Both the position numbers and the translations under genes were made by a program. Of a stretch of 64,000 nucleotides of DNA, positions 48,820 through 57,287 are shown one piece after another. Below the pieces are notes generated by a model. It was not told the DNA's origin. It did not search any database and was given only the letters and a program-made list of their open reading frames with translations. Within the stretch, counting starts at the first letter, position 1, and every line of letters begins with the position of its first letter. The stretch is from Candidatus Binatia bacterium (GTDB lineage: Bacteria > Desulfobacterota > Binatia > Bin18), in the NCBI GenBank assembly GCA_963666315.2, contig CAXXHG010000008.1, positions 1-64,000 of the forward strand, written 5' to 3'.

Positions 48820-49719
48820 ATGAAGATTCGTGACCTTTTTCGCTCCCAAGAGCAAACATTTTCCTTTGAATTTTTCCCGCCCAAGTCGCTTGAGGATGTG
48901 GACGCGCTCTTTGATCGCGCGTGGGAACTTCAGCAGCTTGGTGTAAGCTTTTGCTCTGTCACCTATGGTGCCGGCGGCTCAACTCGCAAAAATACGATAG
49001 ACCTGGTGTGTCGGTTGCAATCCGAACTCGACCTGGTCGCCATGGCCCACCTCACCTGCGTGGGTCACACTCAGGCTGAGCTGCGGGAGGTCCTGCACGA
49101 ACTCCAGGACCGGGGGGTGGAGAACCTGATGTGTCTGCGTGGCGATCCGCCCCAGGGCCAAACCGAGTTCATTCCCACCCCAGACGGATTTTCGTACGCA
49201 GCCGAATTGGTACAACTGGTCCGTACTGTTGGCGACTTTTGTATTGGGGTGGCAGGCTATCCAGAGACCCACCCTGAATGTCCGGGTAAGCAGCTGGATC
49301 TGGAGCATCTTCAGGCCAAAGTCGATTGCGGAGCCGATTTTGTTACGACCCAGCTCTTCTTTAACAGCCAGGATTATTTTGATTTTGTTGATTGGGCCAC
49401 ACGCGTCGGCATTCAGCAACGTATTATTCCCGGCATCATGCCGATCACGAACTATCGGCAAATTGTCCGTTTCACCGGTATGTGTGGCGCCGCCATTCCA
49501 CCTGAGTTGCATGCACGCTTAGGGCCGGTGGCGGATGACCCTGATGCGGTCTTAGAAATTGGGGTCGATTGGGCGTGGCGTCAGTGCGAGGCGTTGCTGG
49601 CCGGTGGTGCACCGGGCATTCACTTCTACACCATGAATCGCTCTCGGGCGACGCAGCTTATTTTTGAGCGTTTGCGCAACAGCAGCGTCAGCTCTCTGTT
49701 GCCCACGGCTGCGGCGTAG
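48820..49719 (+). CDS. metF: 5,10-methylenetetrahydrofolate reductase
   Basis: SFEFFPPK, SVTYGAGGS, AHLTC, LRGDPP, AGYPE, TQLFF and HFYTMN motifs. Confidence 0.97.
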   Translation: MKIRDLFRSQEQTFSFEFFPPKSLEDVDALFDRAWELQQLGVSFCSVTYGAGGSTRKNTIDLVCRLQSELDLVAMAHLTCVGHTQAELREVLHELQDRGVENLMCLRGDPPQGQTEFIPTPDGFSYAAELVQLVRTVGDFCIGVAGYPETHPECPGKQLDLEHLQAKVDCGADFVTTQLFFNSQDYFDFVDWATRVGIQQRIIPGIMPITNYRQIVRFTGMCGAAIPPELHARLGPVADDPDAVLEIGVDWAWRQCEALLAGGAPGIHFYTMNRSRATQLIFERLRNSSVSSLLPTAAA

Positions 49720-49847
49720 GGATCCGTTTTTTTAGAGAAAAGACGAGCCTGCCGGATCGAGGAATAGGCTGCATCTCTACACTCATTTCTGCCACATTGA
49801 CGCTCGACTCTTGGGTAGGCTATGGTCCGGCCTAAGAGGGCTTCGTT

Positions 49848-50207
49848 ATGGCTAAACGACGAGCAATGCTCCTCCTGACCTATAAGCTGGGTGCGCACGT
49901 TGACCAGCAGGAATACGAACAATGGCTGCGTGAGGTGGATAATCCATTTTTCAATAGTGTACGTGGCGTGAAGCGCTACGCCAATTGGAAAGTGCTCGAC
50001 GAAAAGCTCGGTGCGGTCGCGTTTACCCATTACGACTTGCTTGAGCTCGACGATATCGACGCGTGGGAAAAGGTCTGGGGGAATCAAAAGCTACAGGAAT
50101 TTGCCCAGGGATGGACCCAGCGTTGGTCGGTTCACGGGACCGATCAGCAATACGCGGGCCTCAATTTCCAAGTCATCCTGTGCGAAGAAATCGCAGCTCC
50201 AAATTGA
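49848..50207 (+). CDS. Dimeric alpha+beta barrel protein (EthD/RedY-like)
   Basis: YKL...VD..EYEQWLREVD.P and YDLLELDD pattern; TTGACG promoter-like hexamer upstream. Confidence 0.6.
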   Translation: MAKRRAMLLLTYKLGAHVDQQEYEQWLREVDNPFFNSVRGVKRYANWKVLDEKLGAVAFTHYDLLELDDIDAWEKVWGNQKLQEFAQGWTQRWSVHGTDQQYAGLNFQVILCEEIAAPN

Positions 50208-50267
50208 GAAAAACTAAGCGAAATTGGGCAAAATAAAGTGCTGCAGAGTGGTGCGGAGTGAACACCC

Positions 50268-51329
50268 ATGACACAAACGGCTAAGCAATCCAACCAAGTC
50301 GAAACATGCCAAGTCGAAACATTTCTGGCCGGCCTGGCCCAATTCGACATCGGGCCGTTGTGGAAAGTGCTGGGCAAGCAACTCACCCCGACACCAGAAA
50401 CTCCAGTCAAACCACACTTGTGGCGCTGGAAGGACATTCGTCCGCAGCTTTTGCGCTCGGGTGAACTGGTGACAGCTACCGAAGCTGAGCGACGCGTGCT
50501 CATGCTGCTCAACCCCGGACTCAAAGGCCGAGTTGCCACAACACATACTTTATACGCGGGTATTCAACTCATTCTGCCGGGTGAGGTGGCTCGCTCCCAT
50601 CGACATACCCCGAATGCGCTCCGCTTTATCATGGAGGGGGCAGGTGGGTATACGGTTGTTGATGGGGAAAAGCTGCCTATGCTACCCGGCGACTTTGTCG
50701 TCACCCCAAACTGGATGTGGCATGAACACGGCAGCGAGGGCGAAGTGCCGGTGATATGGCTAGACGGTTTGGACTTACCCCTGGCCGGCATGCTGGCGGG
50801 GACGTTCTTTGAACCGTCTGAAACGGAGTCACAACCGTTGACCAAACCCACGGACAGCTCAACTGCGGGCTATCAACACGGGGGCTTGCTGCCTACGTGG
50901 CAGCGCCAAGAAAGCGGAGCGTCGCCTTTACTCAAATACGCCTGGAGTGAAGCCCGTCCGGCCTTGATGGATCTCGGCGCGGGCGACGAAAGTCCATTTG
51001 ACGGCACGATGTTGGAATACGTGAATCCCGTCACCGGCGGCCCGGCACTCACCACCATGGCTAGTTTTCTGCAACGCCTGCGACCCGGACAAAAAACCCA
51101 GGCGCATCGACATAGTACCAGTAGTGTTTATTTGGCTGTCGAAGGCCATGGGCGGACGGTGATCGATACACAGGTCTTTCCCTGGGGACCGGGCGACGTG
51201 TTTGCCCTCCCCACCTGGGCGGTGCACGCGCATGAAAATAGTTCCATCTCGGAAGATGCCATTCTCTTTTCTTTTTCAGATGCGCCGGTGATGAAAGCCT
51301 TCGGTTGGTATCGCGAGCAGGCGGTATAG
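50268..51329 (+). CDS. Gentisate 1,2-dioxygenase-like bicupin
   Basis: AERRVLMLLNPG, HRHTPNALRF, WMWHEH, WLDGLDLP, YVNPVTGG and AHRHS motifs. Confidence 0.92.
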   Translation: MTQTAKQSNQVETCQVETFLAGLAQFDIGPLWKVLGKQLTPTPETPVKPHLWRWKDIRPQLLRSGELVTATEAERRVLMLLNPGLKGRVATTHTLYAGIQLILPGEVARSHRHTPNALRFIMEGAGGYTVVDGEKLPMLPGDFVVTPNWMWHEHGSEGEVPVIWLDGLDLPLAGMLAGTFFEPSETESQPLTKPTDSSTAGYQHGGLLPTWQRQESGASPLLKYAWSEARPALMDLGAGDESPFDGTMLEYVNPVTGGPALTTMASFLQRLRPGQKTQAHRHSTSSVYLAVEGHGRTVIDTQVFPWGPGDVFALPTWAVHAHENSSISEDAILFSFSDAPVMKAFGWYREQAV

Positions 51330-51341
51330 GAGCAGCCCGTC

Positions 51342-51455
51342 ATGAGTGCGTTATATGACCTCTTCTCAAACAGCCCCATACTCGTTGGTGCGGTGATTGG
51401 TGTCATCATCGCCGGCCTCGTCATCGTCGTGACTGAGGGCAAGAAGGGGCTCTGA
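51342..51455 (+). CDS. 37-aa single-pass membrane peptide
   Basis: AGGAG RBS overlapping the upstream stop; MSALYDLFSNSPILVGAVIGVIIAGLVIVVTEGKKGL. Confidence 0.55.
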   Translation: MSALYDLFSNSPILVGAVIGVIIAGLVIVVTEGKKGL

Positions 51456-51467
51456 GGCTTACGATAT

Positions 51468-51699
51468 ATGGCCCATATTCTCAAAGAAGATTTTGTTGCC
51501 CGCTTAGTCCAAGGGCTGGATATGCCGGCCTCAGCTGCTGGATGCCATGACGGAGTCGTGCCAGTGTGGCTCGACGCAGTGTGAAGGCTGGAAAGTCACC
51601 CGTATGCCCGACCTGGATGAAATTAAAGAGTATGGACTGGAGCAACGCTTTGCCATGTCCGGCTGGCGCACATCGTTGGCCGCCATTATCGAAGAATAA
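51468..51699 (+). pseudogene. Small CxC-x4-CxGW protein, frameshifted
   Basis: MAHILKEDFVARLVQGLDMP, shift at about 51528, then QLLDAMTESCQCGSTQCEGWKVTRMPDLDEIKEYGLEQRF...EE*. Confidence 0.45.
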
Positions 51700-51732
51700 T
51701 TTGCCTGACCGGCAAGAGCAGATGCACACGCG

Positions 51733-52197
51733 ATGAGAGAACAGAGTGAACAAGATGATGCGCCTGAACGGCTAGCAGGCGCGCTCGATGTGGACGCGGG
51801 AGATCTCAAAGATGCGTATGAGCGTTTCATTTGGGAGCATCGCCCAAAGCTTGGAGCCTTAAGCTGGAGCGGTTTGTTGCGCTACGGCCGGGGTATCGTC
51901 CTGATAGATGCACGGAGCTGGAAGGACGAGGATACGGAGGAGGACAAAGCAGCCCAACTCCGCTATCTGCCCGAAGAGCGCATTGCTGGACTGTCACACA
52001 CTCCACAGAAAAAAGATGCGCTGACGATGCTGCGAACGTATAATCCCCGCGAAGAAATCATTGTCAATGTCCTGCGCGCAGATGGGAGCGGGAGTTTCTT
52101 TCAAATTGCACTCAAGGACTGCCCACCACCGGATGCGTATCGTACGTTCATGGCCGGTGCAGACTTCCAGCCCCCAGGGAAGGAAGCTGAAGAATAA
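51733..52197 (+). CDS. Hypothetical protein, possibly CcmS-related fold
   Basis: ERFIWEHRPKLGALSW...GIVLID...YNPREEIIV...PPPDAY. Confidence 0.55.
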   Translation: MREQSEQDDAPERLAGALDVDAGDLKDAYERFIWEHRPKLGALSWSGLLRYGRGIVLIDARSWKDEDTEEDKAAQLRYLPEERIAGLSHTPQKKDALTMLRTYNPREEIIVNVLRADGSGSFFQIALKDCPPPDAYRTFMAGADFQPPGKEAEE

Positions 52198-52227
52198 GGT
52201 TTCCGAGGGAAGCCCTTTCTTTTGCCT

Positions 52228-52520
52228 TTACCGTTCCCAGGCATGCTGCTGCAGTGCTTCTGCCACCTGCTCCATCACCCCAGCCCAATCATCCGTGCTC
52301 GTTTGACGAAACAGACGCATGCTGGGATACCACGGGGTCTCAGCGCCGTTGAGCAGCCCGCGCCAGTCTGAGATGTGGCTCAAGAGAGTCCAGACTGGTT
52401 TGCCGAGCGCACCGGCGAGGTGGACGACCGACGTATCGATGCTGATGAGCAGATCGAGCTGATCTGACAGGACTGCGGTATCGCTATAATCCTTTATCAG
52501 AGCGTCGAGATCGTGCATTT
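52228..52520 (-). pseudogene. C-terminal fragment of a TPR/glycosyltransferase (GT9-like) protein
   Basis: DYSDTA...LDLLISIDTSVVHLAGALGKPVW...DWR...PWYPSMRLFRQ; the N-terminus is absent. Confidence 0.85.
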
Positions 52521-52529
52521 GCAGTCTGT

Positions 52530-53739
52530 GCCCTGGCCGGGGTGACGGCCCTCCAGCGCGGCGCCCACCACCAGGCGACCAAGGGCCTCAAGCTGCTGGA
52601 GACCTTGCCTCCCAGTGCCACCCGACGCACGCACGAGCTGCAATTGCAGACGCTGCGGGCGCGGGAGCTGTGTACCCAGGCCGGGGACATGCCGCGCTTG
52701 CCTATTCTCCTCTTAGGATTGTTTCACCTGTATCACGGGCGGGGCACCATGGCGCCGGCCAAGGAGCACGCCGAAGCCCGTCTGGCCTTGGCCACGCAGC
52801 AACAGTATCCGCCCTTCTTCCTGGGTGCCCACTATGCCCTGGGCGTGAATGCGCTGTGCCGGGGGCAGCTCACCGAGGCGCAGACGCATTTGGACCAGGT
52901 GGGGGCGGGCTACGAGTCCGAGCAACATAAGTCATTGGTGCGGCTGTACGGGTTTAACCAGGTCGTCATTTGCCGGTTGTTTGGGGCGATTGCCCTGGTG
53001 TTGCGCGGCTATCCGGACCAGGCCGCGCGCCAGATCGAACAGACGCTCGGGCTGGAGCATGAGATGGCAAGTTCTTTTACGAATGTCTATGCGCAATGCG
53101 TGGCCCCACTCGGCTCGCAGTGCCTACGCGATGCGCAGGCGCCGGCAACCCAGGCCGATGCCGGCGTTACGCTGGGCACGCAGAAGGGATTCCCGGTCTG
53201 GATCGCGTTCGGAACCGTGTTGCGCGGCTGGGGGCAATTCGCCCAAGGTGTCGTGACGGCGGGCATTGCCAAGATGCACACCGGCCTGGCTGCTATGCAG
53301 GAGTTAGGCGCGAAGAGCCAATTGCCGCACTATCTGACGATGCTGGCCGAGGCTGTCGGGACAACGGGAGACTCTGCGCAGGCGTTGCAGCACGCCGACG
53401 AGGCGTTGGCCGAAGCCGGCCGGGGCGGCGAGCGATTTTATGAACCCGAGGCCTGGCGGGTGAAGGGGGAACTGATTCTCCAGTCGAAAGCCTGTCCTGA
53501 GCCAGGTCGAAGGGTTCAAAGGGGAAGACGAAGCGGAGGGATGTTTTCAGAAAGCGCTAGAGGTTGCCCGCCAGCAGGACGCCAAATTATTAGAGCTACG
53601 GACGGCGATGAGTCTGAGCCGGTTGTGGCAGCAGCAGGGGAAAACGGGAGAACTGCTCGCTCCGGCTTATGAGTGGTTCACAGAGGAGTTTGACACGCCG
53701 GATTTGTAAGACGCCAAGGCGTTGCTGGAGACGCTCTAA
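52530..53739 (+). pseudogene. C-terminal TPR region of a cyclase/AAA-ATPase (STAND-type) protein, decayed
   Basis: RARELC, GYPDQA, ERFYEPEAWRVKGEL; frameshift at about 53520; EAEGCFQKALEVARQQ...ELR..MSLSRLW...WFTEEFDTPDL*DAKALL. No N-terminal domains; internal deletions. Confidence 0.85.
53487..53520. repeat. CCTGAGC-N4-TCGAAGG repeat inside the TPR pseudogene
   Basis: AAAGCCTGTCCTGAGCCAGGTCGAAGGGTTCAAA; matches the reverse complement of 29982-30014. Confidence 0.7.
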
Positions 53740-53783
53740 GTGTAGATCGGATAAGCGTAGCGTAATCCGATCTACACTTAGAG
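53734..53783. repeat. GTAG-REP within a perfect 18-bp-arm palindrome
   Basis: CTCTAAGTGTAGATCGGA-14 nt-TCCGATCTACACTTAGAG. Confidence 0.8.
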
Positions 53784-53823
53784 GCTTGAGAGAATGTTGC
53801 GAGAAGCGATGAATAGAGACCGC

Positions 53824-53851
53824 TTGCCTGCCTACGCTAATAGCGTATAGT
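53824..53851 (+). promoter_or_regulatory. Toxin-antitoxin promoter with a palindromic operator
   Basis: TTGCCT-16 bp-TATAGT, overlapped by the perfect inverted repeat TACGCTA-A-TAGCGTA (53833-53847). Confidence 0.65.
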
Positions 53852-53858
53852 TGAGGGA

Positions 53859-54202
53859 GTGGAATTTATCGAAGCCCCTGCCTTCTCCCGAAACTTGGAT
53901 TCGTATTTCGATGACGAAGGATATCGGTTTTTTCAGCAGTCTCTCGTCCAGAATCCGGGGCCGGTAGGGTCATTGTCGGAACAGGAGGATTGAGGAAGAT
54001 TCGCTGGAGAGATCCCCGACGGGGAAAGGGTAAGCGGGGAGGTCTGAGGATCATTTACTATTATCTTCAAGAAGCCTCCCACATCTGGCTTCTCACCGTA
54101 TACGATAAAGATGAGGCTGATGATCTGACGGCTGCTGAGAAACGTGCCTATCGGCAATTTATCCAACAGGTCAAAATGATGTGGGACCAGACACGAGGAT
54201 GA
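53859..54202 (+). pseudogene. RelE/HigB-family toxin, frameshifted
   Basis: MEFIEAPAFSR...DDEGYR.FQ..L..NP, then a 1-nt deletion at 53957-53960, then AGRVIVGTGGLRKIRW...GKGKRGGLRIIYY...LLTVYDKDE..DL. Confidence 0.88.
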
Positions 54203-54230
54203 GAATCTGACCCAGCGTTTGGAAGGAGAC

Positions 54231-54566
54231 ATGACAATGGCGGCTAAGAAAAAAAGGAATATTGGAGAGGAGATCTTGGAAGGACTGAATGCTATCCAGG
54301 ACCACTATGAAGGAAAAACGACGCTGCGTACGTTCAAGGTCGATCTCCCTCCACTGCCGGAGGTTGATGCGCAGCTCATTCGGGATACCCGTGAGCAGCT
54401 AAACGTGTCGCGTCGTGTATTTGCTCGCCGGTTGCGGGTGAATGAACGCACGCTGGGGAAATGGGAACAAGGCCGCGCCAAACCGAACAAACAGGCCGCC
54501 GCCCTTATTCTGCTAACCCGGAAATTCCCCGACACCCTCGACCGCTTAGCCCGGCTCGCCGCGTGA
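54231..54566 (+). CDS. HigA-like XRE/HTH antitoxin
   Basis: IRDTREQLNVSRRVFARRLRVNERTLGKWEQGRAKP; lies downstream of the toxin. Confidence 0.9.
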   Translation: MTMAAKKKRNIGEEILEGLNAIQDHYEGKTTLRTFKVDLPPLPEVDAQLIRDTREQLNVSRRVFARRLRVNERTLGKWEQGRAKPNKQAAALILLTRKFPDTLDRLARLAA

Positions 54567-54610
54567 GCAGCGGCCCGCGCCGACTGTGCTCCTAACGCCC
54601 TAGCACAAGA

Positions 54611-54641
54611 TGTCGGATTACGCTGCGCTAATCTGCCCTAC
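54611..54641 (-). repeat. GTAG-REP, same family as 53742, in inverted orientation
   Basis: Minus strand GTAGGGCAGATTAGCGCAGCGTAATCCGACA. Confidence 0.75.
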
Positions 54642-54642
54642 C

Positions 54643-54753
54643 GGGTTCAAGGAAAACAAGTGAGTGGCAATGCGTTATGACAAGCTGGATTCAACCTTCC
54701 TTGCCTTCATCGCTATGGCTGCTATCAAAATATTGCTCAACCTCACACTTTAA
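54643..54753 (+). mobile_element. IS5-family transposase C-terminal remnant
   Basis: FKENK*VAMRYDKLDSTFLAFIAMAAIKILL resembles the conserved RxATRYDK...F...LA motif. Confidence 0.75.
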
Positions 54754-54776
54754 TAACGAAAGATATAGATGATCGT

Positions 54777-54873
54777 GTAGCCTGGAGGTAGCGAAGCGGA
54801 GTCCAGGAATGCCCTAGGTGTCGAGGGAAGCGTGCGCTCGGATTCCCCGGATTCCACTCCGTTCCATCCAGGC
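54777..54873. repeat. Degenerate REPIN (GTAGCCTGGA family)
   Basis: GTAGCCTGGAGGTAGCGAAGCGGAGTCCAGG and an inverted CCCGGATTCCACTCCGTTCCATCCAGGC. Confidence 0.65.
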
Positions 54874-55203
54874 CAGATAGTCGAATTTCAACACCTCCTG
54901 TCTATTGTCCGTTAACGCGAGGAGTACATGAGACAGATCCTGCCGCCGTACCCGTCCCCTCACCACGCCATCTCATCAGCTTGACAGCCGCTGTGCCAAT
55001 CTACTACATTACGCAACATACTCACACTTGGTCCCGATACCGCCGAGGTCACATGCACCGCCGGCCGTTGTCCTACTCCGCCCGTCCTCAGCGCCTGGCA
55101 GCACCAGCTCCGCTAGGCGCACAAGAGTCCGTGGCTACTCCAGCAGTTGCTGGCACACAGTGGGGAGCTGTTGCCGCGCTTTGCGCACTACTCCCAAAGA
55201 AAG

Positions 55204-55390
55204 GTAGGTCAGGTTAGCATACGTAACCTGACACCCCACCTTCGGTACGCAGGGCGCACCCTACGGGGCTCCGTTACTGAGTGTCGATAATGGGGGAGAT
55301 GTTTGTAGCAGCTTCAGGGGCCTCTGAGGTAAGGTGGGTCTTTCAGACCCACCAGCATTCGGTGGGTTAGCGGAGCGTAACCCACCCTAC
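55204..55390. repeat. Cluster of further GTAG-REP families
   Basis: GTAGGTCAGGTTAGCATACGTAACCTGACA; GGTACGCAGGGCGCACCCTAC; GTAAGGTGGGTCTTTCAGACCCACC; GGTGGGTTAGCGGAGCGTAACCCACCCTAC. Confidence 0.75.
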
Positions 55391-55479
55391 GATACTAAAA
55401 GGCGGAGCCCGTCGGGGCTCGGTAGATCGAGCCTGACCGTAAACGGCCAGGCCGTTGTGGTACTAGCCGTCCGCAGAAA

Positions 55480-56031
55480 TTAGTCAATCCCAAGCTTCTC
55501 TTTGCCTTCAGGAGAAATCATGGCTGGGGTCCAGGGCGGGTCCCAGACAACTTCGACGTTGACTTCTTCTACACCTGGGATGCCTTCAATCCGTGTTTGG
55601 GCATCCATAGCAATGGCAGGTCCCATGCCACAGCCCTGTGCCGTCAGCGTCATTTTTACATCCACGTTAGCTCCGCCTTCCGGCAGGTCGCTCAGCGCAA
55701 GGTCGTACACTAAACCGAGATCGACGATGTTGACCGGGATTTCCGGGTCATACACATTTTTGAGCTGAGTCCAGACCTGATCCTCAGAGACCTTGCCGCC
55801 CGTACTCGGAGCTGCTTCCGAAGCAGGCCCTTTGCTTTCTTTTCCAATCGCATCTGCGTCACTATCGGAGACTCGATATAAGCCCCCCAAAGTAGGCAGT
55901 TGGAGGGTATAGGTATCGCCTAAGGATTGAGTGATCACACCAGCGGTACCTTTGGGAATCGTGATCTTGATGCCTTGTGGAATTTGGACGGCATCACAAT
56001 GACGAGTGAATTCGATTTCTTCGTAGCTCAT
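55480..56031 (-). CDS. sufT: Fe-S cluster assembly protein SufT, long form (DUF59)
   Basis: RHCDAVQIPQG, ITQSLG, YDPEIPVNIVDLGLVY, MTLTAQGCGMG and VWDPPW motifs. Confidence 0.92.
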   Translation of the reverse strand: MSYEEIEFTRHCDAVQIPQGIKITIPKGTAGVITQSLGDTYTLQLPTLGGLYRVSDSDADAIGKESKGPASEAAPSTGGKVSEDQVWTQLKNVYDPEIPVNIVDLGLVYDLALSDLPEGGANVDVKMTLTAQGCGMGPAIAMDAQTRIEGIPGVEEVNVEVVWDPPWTPAMISPEGKEKLGID

Positions 56032-56144
56032 GTCTGACTCCTTCTCTCCTACCTAGCACTAGAGCTTTTAATTCGCCTCCAAATTAGACTGCTAAGGTCT
56101 ATCTTGTCAATTAGCTTTTGAGTTCTGCTGAGTGCTGGTCAACC

Positions 56145-57074
56145 TTAGCGTTGGTCGATCCAGTCTTTGAGTTTTTGCCGAACATCTTCCGGACGGTCTT
56201 CAAGGATATAGTGTCCGCTGCGTGTAACGACTTGTAAATCTGAGGTTGAAATCGCCACATCCAGCTCGCGTGCGACATCCATGGGGGTGAATGGATCTTG
56301 GCCCCCCCACAGGAGAAGGGTGGGCATACTGAGTTTGTCGAGATGAGGCAAGAGCTCGGTTTCCACCGCTTGGCGCAGGCCGAATTCGCGTAAAAACTTA
56401 GGTAGAGCCTGGCGGGCTCCAGGATCATCGTGAAAGGGTTGCAAATACTCTTGGAGCTTCGCCTCACTTCGCTCATCTTCATTATGAATGCCCTCTTTGA
56501 GGATGCGCTGTAAGAACCAGTCGCCCGTAAGCATATTCCCGATGACGCGCGTACCAAGCAGACGGAAATTGATAGGAAGAGGGATAGCCGAGGAGATGGG
56601 GGCACTCATGAGCGCGAGTTTATAGACTTTGTTTGGATTGTGTATGGCGTAAGCAGCAGCAATGACAGCACCAACATCATGGCCAACAAGGACGATGTTC
56701 TCGAGATGAAAGTTTTCAATATAGGTGCTGAGCTGGGAGACGTAGGTGTCCATATCATACGTGCGATCTTGGGGTTTCTCTGACAGGCCGAATCCCATCA
56801 GATCGATCTCATACACGGTGTTGCCATACGTCAGCCCTGGTGTGACATGTCGCCACATACGGGAGTCCTCAAGCAAACCGTGCAGAAAAATAAGCGGACG
56901 ACCTAAACCTATTTGTCGATAATGGAGATTGACGCCGTCGATCTCGGTATAGGTCTCGTCAGCGTATTTTTCCTGAAGTTCAGTCCCGGTCAAACTGGGC
57001 GGCGGACCGCCGCATCCCGCGAGGAGAAAAACGACCGCCAGCACCACACCACTTCCCATTTCCCAATGCTTCAT
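56145..57074 (-). CDS. Alpha/beta hydrolase lipoprotein (epoxide hydrolase/dehalogenase-type, Asp nucleophile)
   Basis: Lipobox LAGC; FLHG, DLMGFGLS, GHDVG, WGGQD and SGH motifs. Confidence 0.88.
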   Translation of the reverse strand: MKHWEMGSGVVLAVVFLLAGCGGPPPSLTGTELQEKYADETYTEIDGVNLHYRQIGLGRPLIFLHGLLEDSRMWRHVTPGLTYGNTVYEIDLMGFGLSEKPQDRTYDMDTYVSQLSTYIENFHLENIVLVGHDVGAVIAAAYAIHNPNKVYKLALMSAPISSAIPLPINFRLLGTRVIGNMLTGDWFLQRILKEGIHNEDERSEAKLQEYLQPFHDDPGARQALPKFLREFGLRQAVETELLPHLDKLSMPTLLLWGGQDPFTPMDVARELDVAISTSDLQVVTRSGHYILEDRPEDVRQKLKDWIDQR

Positions 57075-57287
57075 CTGTTATTGACTCCTTTTCTCATCGG
57101 ATCTGCTCTCATCAAGATCTGATGGACAACGGTATCTCATTTGACACATAACAGGGTGGCGCGCACTATGATCCGGCACACGATACGCTGCCCTATCCCC
57201 CCCGTGTTGGATTATGTAATTCTGGCACGTCACCCTAGCGTTGCTGTGCGACTCCGACAAGAGTGCAGGGCAGAAAAGGAGGTTCTT

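Noticed and set aside
53734-55390. CRISPR array or integron attC cassette array
   Set aside because: The repeats are heterogeneous GTAG hairpins with irregular spacing. There are no cas or intI genes and no clear RYYYAAC/GTTRRRY pairs.
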